Shown: one piece after another, positions 29,357 to 39,554 of the stretch
Layout of the letters: each line of letters begins with the position of its first letter
Position numbering within the stretch: position 1 is the stretch's first letter
NCBI GenBank assembly: GCA_019114985.1
Contig: DXEM01000007.1
Coordinates: forward strand, 21,077-85,076
From: Candidatus Anaerostipes excrementavium
GTDB taxonomy: Bacteria > Bacillota > Clostridia > Lachnospirales > Lachnospiraceae
Reading direction: 5' to 3'
DNA length: 64,000 nucleotides
The notes under the pieces: generated by a model
Told to the model about the DNA's origin: nothing
Databases searched by the model: none
Seen by the model: only the letters and a program-made list of their open reading frames with translations
Made by a program: the position numbers and the translations under genes

Positions 29357-31492
29357 CTATCTCTGTAAACGGCCGGTAAAAACTGCTACGCTTCTTGGCC
29401 GCATCATATATTTTCCGTCGATCCTTGGCTCTTTTCCTTCCTGGAAACAATAGACGCCGTCCTCTTTTCCAAATGTATCGACCGTCAAATGCCAGATCAT
29501 CTTATCACCGACAGCCGGCAGCTTAATCTCCATCTCATCCCAATAAGCATTGATGCTGATATAGACCAGATCATCTTCCCCGGTCTCATCATTGTGTCCT
29601 GCAAAAATAGTTCCAAACATCTTATCATCTTTGGAAACTGTGGTATCTTCTGCCTGCGCGTTGTAAGTCTGAGGTCCTATGACGCCACAGGAAGCATTAG
29701 GAAGCTTCTTACAGATTGCCGGGTGTTTTTTTCTATAGGCGATCATGAATTGAAAGAACTCGAACAGATCTCGATTCTTATCCAACAGCCCCCAATCCAG
29801 CCAAGAGATCTCGTTATCCTGGCAATAAGCATTATTATTTCCAAACTGGGTATTCCCGAATTCATCTCCGGCAAAGAACATCGGGGTTCCTCTGCTGCAC
29901 ATCAGCACTGCACAGGCATTTCGAATCATTCGGAAACGAAGCTTCAGCACTTCCGGATCATCTGTCTCACCCTCTGTCCCGCAATTCCAGCTGCGGTTGT
30001 TATCAGATCCATCGGTGTTGTTCCATCCATTGGCCTCATTGTGCTTCTCATTATAAGAATACAAATCGTACAGTGTGAAACCGTCGTGGCAAGTCAGGAA
30101 ATTCACACTGGAATTATATCCTGCATAGTGACCATTGTACTCATTATAATAATCCCCATAGAGATCTCCGGATCCTGCGATACTCCATGCGGCATTCCAG
30201 GACTCCCAGAAATCTCCTTTCAAAAATCCACGCACCGCATCCCGGTATCTTCCGTTCCACTCTGCCCATCTGCGGTTGGCAGGAAAGCTTCCCACCTGAT
30301 AGAGGCCATCGGCATCCCAGGCTTCTGCGATTAGCTTGACATTCTTAAGAATCGGATCATAGGCCAGATTCTTAAGCAGCGGCGGATTATTCATCGGTGT
30401 TCCGTCCTCATTCCTTCCAAGGATACTTGCCAGATCAAATCGGAACCCATCGATCCGATAATTGATCGTCCAATACCTCAGACATTCCAAGATCATCTGC
30501 TGAACGATCGGATGATTGCAGTTCAATGTATTTCCGCATCCGCTAAAGTTATAATACTTTCCTTCCGGCGTCAAAATATAATAAATATTATTATCAAAAC
30601 CTTTAAAGCTGAAACAAGGACCGTCTTCATTTCCTTCCGCTGTATGATTAAAAACAACATCCAAAATCACTTCGATTCCATTCTCGTGAAGATCACGGAT
30701 CAGCTCTTTCAGTTCCCATCCTTCTTTCTCATAATCATCCAATGCCGCATAATTACTGTTCGGCGAAAAATAACTTACTGTATTATAGCCCCAATACTCC
30801 AAAAGCTCTTTGCCGTCCACTTCACGTGCATTGATTGTCTCATCAAACTCAAAAATCGGCATCAGTTCTACGGCGTTGATTCCCAATTCCTTTAAATACG
30901 GAATCTTCTCCCGCAGTCCTTCAAAAGTTCCTCTGTTCTTCACTTTGGAAGAGGCGTGCTGGGTAAATCCTCTCACATGAAGTTCATAGATGATCAGATC
31001 GCTCATCTCCCTCTTTGACTGCGGTCGGTCGCCCCAGTCGAACACATCCTTGACAACTCGTGCATGATAAGTTGCCCGGCGCTTCTTCCCCCAGGTTCTG
31101 CGTCCTGCTACTGCTCTCGCATAAGGATCCAATAAAATATGTTCCTTGTCAAACAGCCGTCCTTTCTCCGGCTCATAAGGTCCGTCAATCCGATAAGCAT
31201 ATTCAAACTCATCTGTGTCCAATTCATATACGATCATAGAATACACATCCCCAATCCGGTAAGAATCCGGAAATGGCAGCACCGCATATGGTTCTTCTTC
31301 CCCCACATGGAATAAAAGCAGCTCACAACTGGTCCCTCCGCTGGTATGGATTGTAAAATTCACCCCGATTGGGAGTTCTGTCGCTCCATTCATATCAAAC
31401 ATGCCCGGACGGACAAGAAATCCTTCAATCTCCATCATCGGCTGAACCGATACCGGCTGCTTAATCCAATAATTATCAAAATATCTCTTCAT
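29357..31492 (-). CDS. glgX: Glycogen debranching enzyme / isoamylase (GH13)
   Basis: YWGY, DVVFNHT, DGFRFDLA, IAEAWD, NFLTCHDGFTL; start uncertain (31492-31543). Confidence 0.9.
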   Translation of the reverse strand: MKRYFDNYWIKQPVSVQPMMEIEGFLVRPGMFDMNGATELPIGVNFTIHTSGGTSCELLLFHVGEEEPYAVLPFPDSYRIGDVYSMIVYELDTDEFEYAYRIDGPYEPEKGRLFDKEHILLDPYARAVAGRRTWGKKRRATYHARVVKDVFDWGDRPQSKREMSDLIIYELHVRGFTQHASSKVKNRGTFEGLREKIPYLKELGINAVELMPIFEFDETINAREVDGKELLEYWGYNTVSYFSPNSNYAALDDYEKEGWELKELIRDLHENGIEVILDVVFNHTAEGNEDGPCFSFKGFDNNIYYILTPEGKYYNFSGCGNTLNCNHPIVQQMILECLRYWTINYRIDGFRFDLASILGRNEDGTPMNNPPLLKNLAYDPILKNVKLIAEAWDADGLYQVGSFPANRRWAEWNGRYRDAVRGFLKGDFWESWNAAWSIAGSGDLYGDYYNEYNGHYAGYNSSVNFLTCHDGFTLYDLYSYNEKHNEANGWNNTDGSDNNRSWNCGTEGETDDPEVLKLRFRMIRNACAVLMCSRGTPMFFAGDEFGNTQFGNNNAYCQDNEISWLDWGLLDKNRDLFEFFQFMIAYRKKHPAICKKLPNASCGVIGPQTYNAQAEDTTVSKDDKMFGTIFAGHNDETGEDDLVYISINAYWDEMEIKLPAVGDKMIWHLTVDTFGKEDGVYCFQEGKEPRIDGKYMMRPRSVAVFTGRLQR

Positions 31493-31649
31493 AATCTTCA
31501 TCCATTCTCTTAGATGCAAAGATACAATCTCAAACATCTTCATTCTATATAAAAGCCATTCCTAAAAAGGCATCCTCTATCTCTTATTTGTTATTTTACC
31601 ATATCTATCTTCTTGTTCCAATACAATTTTGTATAGGTGCCATACTTCT

Positions 31650-32594
31650 TTATATAAGTGCCATGCTCTTTAAAAGATACAGCCACCCGGTTACACTGAA
31701 TGCACTAAACAGTGTTGTCAGCATAACTGTGCTGGACGTGAGTACTCCTTCATGCCCCATGTTTCTTGCCATTACATAACAACTCACGGTTGTGGCAGAA
31801 CCAAGCATTATGAGAATTGCCACCAGCTGCTCTCTTCGGAATCCGAGCATGACTGCAATCGGCAGAAAAACAGCTGCAAAACCTACTAATTTCATAAGTG
31901 CGGCTGTTACGGCAGGCTTTGCGCTCTCAAACGCCTTTCGAAGATCGAAGGTAGCTCCCATCGCCATCAAGCCAAGCGGCGTTGCGCACCCTCCAATATT
32001 GGATACTGTCTTTTCTAAAATCGCAGGCATTGGAATTCGAAGCGCCGACCAGATAAGACCCGCCGCAATTCCAATGATGATTGGATTGGTGATAATTCCC
32101 CAAAATGTCCTTTTCCAAACATCCCGATCCATTTTCTGAGGTTGGGGCTGAAAAAAGGACAAAACGACCACCGCCATAATATTATAAAGAGGCACGCTCC
32201 CGATGATCATAAGCGGGGCCATGCCTGCGTTGCCATATATATTCTGAATAAAAGCGATTCCAAGCAGCGCCGCACTGCTGCGGTAAGACGCCTGGATAAA
32301 TTCTCCCTGCACCGCCTTATCCTTCCAGAGAAAAGATATCCCCGCAGATATTCCGATACTGATCAAGGTCGCCGCAAAACAAAACAATACGAACCGAACG
32401 TCCCATACTTTAGAAAAATCAACCGCTGCCAGATCTTCAAATACCAGAACCGGCAATGGTACAAGAAATACAAATTTATTCATCTTTGACGCAAAATCGT
32501 CATCAATCCACCCGATCTTTCGAAAAAATAATCCCAAAAGCATCAGCAAAAAGATCGGAACCGTTGCATTCAAGCTGAAAATTAAATTCTCCAT
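31650..32594 (-). CDS. AEC-family (auxin efflux carrier/malate permease-like) transporter
   Basis: About 10 TM segments, duplicated halves, NPIIIG motif. Confidence 0.85.
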   Translation of the reverse strand: MENLIFSLNATVPIFLLMLLGLFFRKIGWIDDDFASKMNKFVFLVPLPVLVFEDLAAVDFSKVWDVRFVLFCFAATLISIGISAGISFLWKDKAVQGEFIQASYRSSAALLGIAFIQNIYGNAGMAPLMIIGSVPLYNIMAVVVLSFFQPQPQKMDRDVWKRTFWGIITNPIIIGIAAGLIWSALRIPMPAILEKTVSNIGGCATPLGLMAMGATFDLRKAFESAKPAVTAALMKLVGFAAVFLPIAVMLGFRREQLVAILIMLGSATTVSCYVMARNMGHEGVLTSSTVMLTTLFSAFSVTGWLYLLKSMALI

Positions 32595-32736
32595 GATGTC
32601 CTCCTCTTCTTATGTCTATTTTGTTCTATTTCTCATTTCATGTCAACCCGTCAATTTTTTGTTGCAAAAACAACAGACTTTTGCTCCCATCGTGGTTATA
32701 ATCCATTACAGATCATAAATTTAGGAGGATAATCAA

Positions 32737-33428
32737 ATGATTCGAAAAATAATTCATATTGATGAAGAAAAATGTAACGGATGCGGTGCCTGCGCCCAGG
32801 CTTGCCACGAAGGAGCCATTGGCATGGTCGATGGAAAGGCAAAGCTGCTCCGTGATGATTATTGTGACGGGCTGGGAGACTGCCTTCCTGCCTGCCCCGT
32901 AAATGCGATTACGTTCGTAGAACGAGAAGCTGCGGCTTACGATGAAGCTGCTGTCAAAGCTGCACAGGCAAAAAAACAGGCTGTCCGGGGACCAATGCCA
33001 AACAAATTTCCCATAAGCAAGAAAATACGGCTTCTTTTCCATATACCGCTGTCCCGAGCCAGCTCTCTCAATGGCCGGTACAGATCAAGCTTGTTCCGGT
33101 CAAAGCTCCCTATTTCCAGGGCGCTCATTTACTGATTGCAGCTGACTGCACCGCTTATGCATACGGAAACTTTCACGATCAATTTATTAAGAACAAGATT
33201 ACTTTGATCGGCTGCCCGAAACTAGATGAAGGCGACTACACGGAAAAATTGACGGCAATCATTCAGGAAAATGAAATTAAGAGTGTTACCATCGTCCGCA
33301 TGGAAGTTCCTTGCTGCGGCGGACTGGAACGCGCTGCCAAAAAAGCCTTGCAGGCAAGCGGGAAATTCCTTCCATGGCAGGTCATCGTTATATCTACAGA
33401 CGGGCGAATCGTAAGCGACGTATCATGA
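32737..33428 (+). pseudogene. 2x[4Fe-4S] ferredoxin-domain protein split by a frameshift at A7 (32970-32976)
   Basis: [11 protein letters not shown] and [11 protein letters not shown] in frame 1; the -1 frame continues GCPGTN...[11 protein letters not shown]...IAADC...IGCPKLD...VPCCGG. Confidence 0.8.
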
Positions 33429-33434
33429 AAACCA

Positions 33435-33480
33435 AAAAGGGCATATCTTACACAGAACCTTCTGCGTGATATGCCCTTTT
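33435..33480. terminator. Bidirectional terminator
   Basis: AAAAGGGCATATC...GATATGCCCTTTT perfect 13-bp inverted repeat. Confidence 0.75.
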
Positions 33481-33503
33481 CTCTTATGACCAAATGGCCT
33501 CTT

Positions 33504-34511
33504 TTATTTTTCATCCACGAATGGCTTTACGCCTTTTACCGCATCTTTCACACTGATGCGCGCATCCTCATGATCGATATCCACAAGAATGTACTTATCA
33601 TTTCCCATTTTCAGCTCTTTCATATAGCTTAACTGGCGCAGTCCGTGGCGGCTCTCGATTCGTTCTACCAGATCTTTATGATCTTTCTCTTCCAAAGCAT
33701 ATACCAAATCTACAGACGCCTGATCAACGGCGAGAATATCCGTGGAAGCTGTAATACCGATATTTGGTGTTACCACCGGCATTGCCGCACATCCCTCGCA
33801 GTCGCAGGACACCGACATATTGCGCAGCACATTGACATATGTCACTTGTTTACCAAAATAATCAATCGCCGCTTTGGTGGATTCTGTCATTCTCTCCATA
33901 AATTCTTCCGTAGCGATATCCCACATGTCATCAGAACCCGGCGTCGTATGGATCATCTGCTTTCCGATTCGTCCATCTGCACATCCGATTCCGATATTTT
34001 TATTGGAGCCGCCAAATCCGCCTTGGGCATGTCCTTTAAAATGGGTCAGCGCCAGCATAGAATCATATTCCAGCAGATTTTTTCCCATAGACATTTCGGA
34101 AAACCATTTTCCGTCTTTTACCGGAAGCATTGTCGTTCCATCCTCATCTATGATATCTACCGGACAGAAGGTCCATCCATTGACTTTCAGCGTCTCTCTG
34201 TGCTGTTCGGTCGTATAACGATCTCCTTCATAATAAGTATTCGTCTCAATGATTGCAGCATCTGGAAGTTCTTTCTCGATCAAGTTTTTTACCCATTCTC
34301 TTGGGATGATATTCGGACCGTTCTTTTCCCCTGTGTGAAGTTTGATCCCAATCTTGCCTGAGAGATCAGCGCTGACTCTTTGATAGATCTTCTGCAGTCC
34401 TTCCGCAGATAAATCTCTCGTAAAATACACAATCGATTCATTTCCTGTTCTCTCCTCGTAAGGAACATATCGATCTCCGCCTGTTCCCGGAACGATTTTT
34501 TTCTCACTCAT
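33504..34511 (-). CDS. DUF362-domain (Fe-S) protein
   Basis: IKLHTGE, THFKGHAQGGFGGSNKNIGIGCA, SVSCDC, DILAVDQAS. Confidence 0.82.
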   Translation of the reverse strand: MSEKKIVPGTGGDRYVPYEERTGNESIVYFTRDLSAEGLQKIYQRVSADLSGKIGIKLHTGEKNGPNIIPREWVKNLIEKELPDAAIIETNTYYEGDRYTTEQHRETLKVNGWTFCPVDIIDEDGTTMLPVKDGKWFSEMSMGKNLLEYDSMLALTHFKGHAQGGFGGSNKNIGIGCADGRIGKQMIHTTPGSDDMWDIATEEFMERMTESTKAAIDYFGKQVTYVNVLRNMSVSCDCEGCAAMPVVTPNIGITASTDILAVDQASVDLVYALEEKDHKDLVERIESRHGLRQLSYMKELKMGNDKYILVDIDHEDARISVKDAVKGVKPFVDEK

Positions 34512-34584
34512 GCCAATTCCTCCTATCATTGATCTATGATAGTTCTATCTTAACACTTAAACTTCACTTTAGGTCAAGGTTTTT

Positions 34585-35061
34585 TTACTTCGTTGTAAAT
34601 CTCATAACAACAGATTCTCCTGCTGTTACATCTCCGGTCTCACACTCGATCTCATCCAGAATATCATGTCCGGTTACAATGACAGGAGTGCACAAATCAA
34701 CTCCTGCCGCTTTTAAGCAGTCGATATCCACGTCTGCCAGCATATCTCCGGCCTGCACTTTTTGTCCTTCTGACACCATCGGAACAAACCCTTCTCCATT
34801 TTGCCGTACAGAGCCAATCCCAATATGTACGACAACATTCACGCCTTCTTTTGTTTGAATACAGTATAAATGTTTTTCCGGTGAGATTTTGCTGACTGTG
34901 CCTGAAATCGGTGCTGTAATTTTCCCATCTGCAGGCAGAAATGCAACTCCGTCTCCTAATACCTTTTTGGAAAAAACTTCATCTTTTGTCTCTTCGACCG
35001 GGATACATTTCCCGTTAACTACTGCTTTCAATTCCAATATTTTTTTCTTTTTATTTAACAT
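34585..35061 (-). CDS. Stand-alone PTS EIIA (glucose family)
   Basis: DEVFSKKVLGDGVA, EKH, VHIGIG, GEGF. Confidence 0.85.
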   Translation of the reverse strand: MLNKKKKILELKAVVNGKCIPVEETKDEVFSKKVLGDGVAFLPADGKITAPISGTVSKISPEKHLYCIQTKEGVNVVVHIGIGSVRQNGEGFVPMVSEGQKVQAGDMLADVDIDCLKAAGVDLCTPVIVTGHDILDEIECETGDVTAGESVVMRFTTK

Positions 35062-35729
35062 TTCTTTTCATCCTTTCTTTCCCCATTCAGCAATGGCTGG
35101 GCGACATGTTTCCGAAAAAACTGAATCAGCGGACCATTGAAAAATGCATTGCATAAAGTTCCGATTCCAACAATCATCCATAGATCATCTTTGGCCGCCA
35201 AACAGAATATGATTCCGATGATCACGCAGGTCACATCTGTCATCACCCTCGCATATTGAAAAGCTATCCTTTTTTTGGTTGCTTTTTCCAATATCAAAGC
35301 AACGCTATCGTACGGCGCAATTCCCAGTTCAGCCACCATATAAAAGGCTACGCCCAATCCTGCAAAGGTACAGCCGATCAGCAGCGCAAGGATCCTGAGC
35401 GGCAGCGTCATTTCAACCGCAAATACATCGTTCGCCAGCCAGCAGATAAAATCTGCACCGTATCCTACAAATACCATATTAACGATCGTTCCCGCTCCAA
35501 TGCATTTTCTTACCGTAAAGAATACGAGAATCAAAATAAACACATTCATGATCAGCTGCCAGGTTCCAAAGGTCATGTCCAGAAAACCGCTGATTCCAAG
35601 ATTCATGCAGGTAAATGCATCGACACCAAAACCACTGAGCCGATAGCAGCCTACACAAATGCTGATGAAAAGGATTCCTACAACCATCATGATGTATCTT
35701 TTGACCGTATATCGATGGGCCGCAGTCAT
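35055..35729 (-). CDS. YczE/YyaS/YitT-family membrane protein
   Basis: Hydrophobic duplicated halves, LGIAPYD, GIGTL; 4-nt overlap with the alpha-galactosidase stop. Confidence 0.8.
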   Translation of the reverse strand: MTAAHRYTVKRYIMMVVGILFISICVGCYRLSGFGVDAFTCMNLGISGFLDMTFGTWQLIMNVFILILVFFTVRKCIGAGTIVNMVFVGYGADFICWLANDVFAVEMTLPLRILALLIGCTFAGLGVAFYMVAELGIAPYDSVALILEKATKKRIAFQYARVMTDVTCVIIGIIFCLAAKDDLWMIVGIGTLCNAFFNGPLIQFFRKHVAQPLLNGERKDEKKC

Positions 35730-37960
35730 GACAAGTTTCCTCCTTCCACGGCTTTTAAAATATAAAGTCTGGAATCATAATCCTGCCGCATATTTGCTTC
35801 ATCCTGTCCGGAAGACGCATCTGTTGTTATCATACCCAGATGCATCAGTTCATCTCCATAATGTGCGGCGTCATCTTCACTGACACTATACAGCATATCC
35901 TCATCAAGCCCTTGCAGGTGCAGTCTTGTATATGGCAGGTTGATGCCGTTTAATACCCGGTGCCATCCTACAATTGCGGTCTTTTTATCTTCACTTACCA
36001 CCATCCAGGCAGAAATATTATGCTCGAACGGACTCTGCAGCCTGTAAAATGTACCAAACTGGAATAATCTGCGGTACTGTTTCATAAATTTGATCTGCTC
36101 TTTTACTTCTTCCTGCTCTTCTTCCGTCAGCGCACTTAGATCAAGCTCATACCCAAAAGTACCAAAGTACGCCACATTTGCTCTTGTATAAAGCGGTGTA
36201 TTTCGATTAATCTGATGGTTCGGTGTCACAGAGACATGGCTTCCCATACTGCTGATTGGATAGCAGTAAGAAGTTCCATACTGTATCTTAATTCGTTCTA
36301 CCGCATCAGAATCATCGCTCGTCCATCCCTGCGGCGCATAATAAAGCATTCCCGGATCAAAACGGCCGCCGCCGCTGGAGCATGATTCAAACAGAACCTC
36401 AGGGAAACGGCTGGTCAGTCTCTCATAAAGATCATACACTCCCAAAATATAGCGGTGATAAACTTCTCCCTGCCTGTCAGCCGGAAGTGTCGCAGAATAA
36501 CACTCGGTGATGCTTCGATTCATATCCCATTTAATATAAGATACTTTCGCCTCAGATAAAATCTTTGCCATCATTTCATAAATACGATCCACGACTTCTT
36601 TTCTTGAAAAGTCCAGCACATATTGGAATCTTCCATGGGATGTTCTGCGGTTTGGAGTCTGAATGATCCAATCCGGATATTCGCGGTATAAGTCGGAATC
36701 TTTGTTTACCATTTCCGGCTCGAACCATAGTCCGAATTTCATTCCCAGATCTTCAATCCGCTGTGCAAGACCTGTGATTCCGTTTTTCAAACGTTCCGGA
36801 TTGGCAACCCAGTCGCCAAGTCCTGCCTTCTCGTTCGTTCTTTTTCCGAACCATCCGTCATCCAAAACGAAAAGTTCAATTCCGCTTTCTTTTGCCTGTT
36901 TGGCGATTTTCACCAAACGTTCTTCTGTAAAATCAAAATATGTAGCTTCCCAGTTATTGATCAGAATCGGGCGTTCTCTATCTCTCCAATACCCCCTGGC
37001 AAGACGTTTCTGATATAATTTGTGATACGTCTGGCTTAGGTGATTCAGTCCACGGTCTGTATACACCATAACAGCTTCAGGGGTCTGGAATTCTTCGCCG
37101 GATTCCAATTTCCAATCAAAACCAGACGGATGGATTCCCATCAATACTCTTGCTGCATCATAGGTATCTACCTCTGCCTGTGCCAGGAAATTTCCGCTGT
37201 AGATTAAACTAAATCCAATTGCCTCTCCCTGGAATTCATCTGCCGTTGGGCGTTTCAGAATAATAAAAGGATTGTGATTATGAGAAGAGTTACCCCTCAT
37301 ACTTCCCACGGACTGTATCCCCTGCTGCAGGCGTCTTGTTTTTAAATACCTCTCGCGTGCCCAGGCTCCTGAGAACTGCAGCCAGTCATATTCACTGTCC
37401 GGCAAATCCATACATAAGCTCATAGCAGATGTAAGATGAAGATCCTGCTCTCCTTCATTCAGGAAACGAGCACTCCTTGCAATGATTCCGCCTTCTGCAA
37501 ATATGGTATAAAATAACTCCAAGGACATTTTGCTTACCGGATCTTTAAGCTCTACTACCAAGGTTTCCGCCTCTGATGCATCCTCTGTATAAGTGGCCGG
37601 AAGTCCTGAAAGTTTCGGTTTTCCACTTTCGATCCGATATCCGCAGTAACGAAAATCAGAAATACGGCTTCCATTTTCCTGCAGAACCTCAACCGCCGGC
37701 ATCCTGTAATCAGACGTTCCAAACACTCCATATTCCTGACGAATATACTCCATAGAAAAATTTTTATCGGTATCAAATACACAGGAAGACATTGGACGCA
37801 TATGCGTTTCTACCAGATAAGAATAATCCTCTTTCGGACGAATCTTTTTTCCAAAATACAACTGCCCCATCTGTTCGTTGGGAAGGACTTTCATAATATA
37901 ACTGATTTCATCATTATATAAATGAAAGGTATCTCCCGCTTTATTGACAACAATACTCAT
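35726..37960 (-). CDS. Alpha-galactosidase (GH36)
   Basis: INNWEATYFDF, FVLDDGWFG, FGLWFEPEM, YIKWDMNR, SCSSGGGRFD, WTSDDSD. Confidence 0.93.
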   Translation of the reverse strand: MSIVVNKAGDTFHLYNDEISYIMKVLPNEQMGQLYFGKKIRPKEDYSYLVETHMRPMSSCVFDTDKNFSMEYIRQEYGVFGTSDYRMPAVEVLQENGSRISDFRYCGYRIESGKPKLSGLPATYTEDASEAETLVVELKDPVSKMSLELFYTIFAEGGIIARSARFLNEGEQDLHLTSAMSLCMDLPDSEYDWLQFSGAWARERYLKTRRLQQGIQSVGSMRGNSSHNHNPFIILKRPTADEFQGEAIGFSLIYSGNFLAQAEVDTYDAARVLMGIHPSGFDWKLESGEEFQTPEAVMVYTDRGLNHLSQTYHKLYQKRLARGYWRDRERPILINNWEATYFDFTEERLVKIAKQAKESGIELFVLDDGWFGKRTNEKAGLGDWVANPERLKNGITGLAQRIEDLGMKFGLWFEPEMVNKDSDLYREYPDWIIQTPNRRTSHGRFQYVLDFSRKEVVDRIYEMMAKILSEAKVSYIKWDMNRSITECYSATLPADRQGEVYHRYILGVYDLYERLTSRFPEVLFESCSSGGGRFDPGMLYYAPQGWTSDDSDAVERIKIQYGTSYCYPISSMGSHVSVTPNHQINRNTPLYTRANVAYFGTFGYELDLSALTEEEQEEVKEQIKFMKQYRRLFQFGTFYRLQSPFEHNISAWMVVSEDKKTAIVGWHRVLNGINLPYTRLHLQGLDEDMLYSVSEDDAAHYGDELMHLGMITTDASSGQDEANMRQDYDSRLYILKAVEGGNLS

Positions 37961-37980
37961 AATAAACCTCCTGACGAATC

Positions 37981-39414
37981 TTAGTCATTCATATCAAATC
38001 CAATTTTTTCTTTTGCGGCATGCATCTCGTTGACCTTACGTGTTACTTCTTCCATACGTTCTCCTTTTAATGTATAGAATTTTTTATAGATCATAAAGCT
38101 GATTGCCGCAATGATAATCGGGATAACAATCATAAGAATTCGGATACCTGCAACAGTCGCTGCACTCTGAACCTCTAATTTTGCATTATAGCCAACAATC
38201 TGAAGTCCGACACCTGTCAGTCCTCCGGCAGCAGCCATTGCGGCTTTCATCAAAAATGTCTGTGCAGAACAAGTTACACTTTCATTTCTCACCCCGAATT
38301 TTACCTCGCCATAATCAATAACATCCGCCATACAGCATGTCGTAACGCCTAAAGAAAGACCTGATCCAAGGAACATGATTCCGCAGCAAAGGATCGTACC
38401 CGGAACACTGGTCGGAATGACAAATCCCATAATTCCCAGCAAACCTAATCCTAAAATAACGCATCCGCATGCCAGCGCATAGACTTTTTCTCGGCTGATC
38501 TTAGATGCAACTTTCGGGAAGATAACCAATCCAAACATTTCTGCTATGATTGCAAATCCAAAAATGGCATACAGATCTTCATTTCCGCATACATTCTTAA
38601 AATAGTAAACGGCGAATCCTTTTGCGATCTGTGTACATAAGTTAAATGTTAATAAAAGACCGATAAAAGCAAGAAGCTGATCATTCTTTACAATAATATT
38701 TAACGCTTGTTTTAAGCCTGTTCTCTTTACTTTAGAATTCAGTGTAGATTCTTCCTTTACATTTGTAATCGTAATACCGATTGTTACAATAAAGATCACT
38801 GCAATTACGATTGCAAAACGGGTAAATCCTGTCTCAGCCAAAAGATTGCTGCTTCCTGCACTTTTATTAAATCCTTTGATAATGGAAAGACCAAAAGTTG
38901 CAACACAAAATCCTGCTAAACTTGCAAAAAATCTTGGAATAACAGATACCTTCTCACGTTCATGCGGATCGTTGGTCAGATTCGGAAGCCATGACCAGTA
39001 AGGAACGTCCATGACCGTATAAGTCATTCCATATAATATGTACATAACTGCAACATACACATAAAGCGATGTACCTTTCAGTCCAAAGCTTGTAAAAAGC
39101 AGTACGAATACGACTGAATTCAGCAGCGTTCCTATTGCAAGCCAAATTCGGAACTTCCCATATTTTGTTCTCGTATTATCAACAATCATTCCCATGACCG
39201 GATCATTGATTGCGTCCCATATTCTTGCCACCAAGAATAAAACTCCAACGAATGCCGGCGCCAAATAAAGGGTATCCGTCAAATACAACATCAGAAATGA
39301 CCCTACCAGATTAACGATCGCATCCTTTCCGATTGCGCCGATTCCAAAACAATATTTTTCCCGAGCAGTAGCATGTTTGTACTGTACATTTGTGTTTTCT
39401 TTCTTTTCGCCCAT
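37981..39414 (-). CDS. melB: Melibiose/GPH-family cation symporter
   Basis: FGIGAIGKD, ARIWDAINDP, RTKYGKFR, DVPYWS, ADVIDYGE. Confidence 0.85.
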   Translation of the reverse strand: MGEKKENTNVQYKHATAREKYCFGIGAIGKDAIVNLVGSFLMLYLTDTLYLAPAFVGVLFLVARIWDAINDPVMGMIVDNTRTKYGKFRIWLAIGTLLNSVVFVLLFTSFGLKGTSLYVYVAVMYILYGMTYTVMDVPYWSWLPNLTNDPHEREKVSVIPRFFASLAGFCVATFGLSIIKGFNKSAGSSNLLAETGFTRFAIVIAVIFIVTIGITITNVKEESTLNSKVKRTGLKQALNIIVKNDQLLAFIGLLLTFNLCTQIAKGFAVYYFKNVCGNEDLYAIFGFAIIAEMFGLVIFPKVASKISREKVYALACGCVILGLGLLGIMGFVIPTSVPGTILCCGIMFLGSGLSLGVTTCCMADVIDYGEVKFGVRNESVTCSAQTFLMKAAMAAAGGLTGVGLQIVGYNAKLEVQSAATVAGIRILMIVIPIIIAAISFMIYKKFYTLKGERMEEVTRKVNEMHAAKEKIGFDMND

Positions 39415-39554
39415 GATAATCCTCCTTTAATCATATCAACGTAAATCCAAGAAATTGCGCAATCTCGTTATACTTTTATTATAGTGTTTCCTTGTATCTT
39501 TCATAGGCAAATACGTATCAAAAAACAGTCAAAATGTACTCTATCCTTTTTATA

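Noticed and set aside
29489-30334. 281-aa plus-strand ORF, and similar long antisense ORFs at 33645-34361, 43585-44382 and 56827-57819
   Set aside because: They lie wholly antisense to well-supported genes, have no motifs and have atypical composition; these are shadow ORFs.
39447-39462. ATTGCGCAAT palindrome upstream of melB as a CcpA cre site
   Set aside because: Does not fit the TGWNANCGNTNWCA consensus; a 10-bp palindrome can occur by chance.
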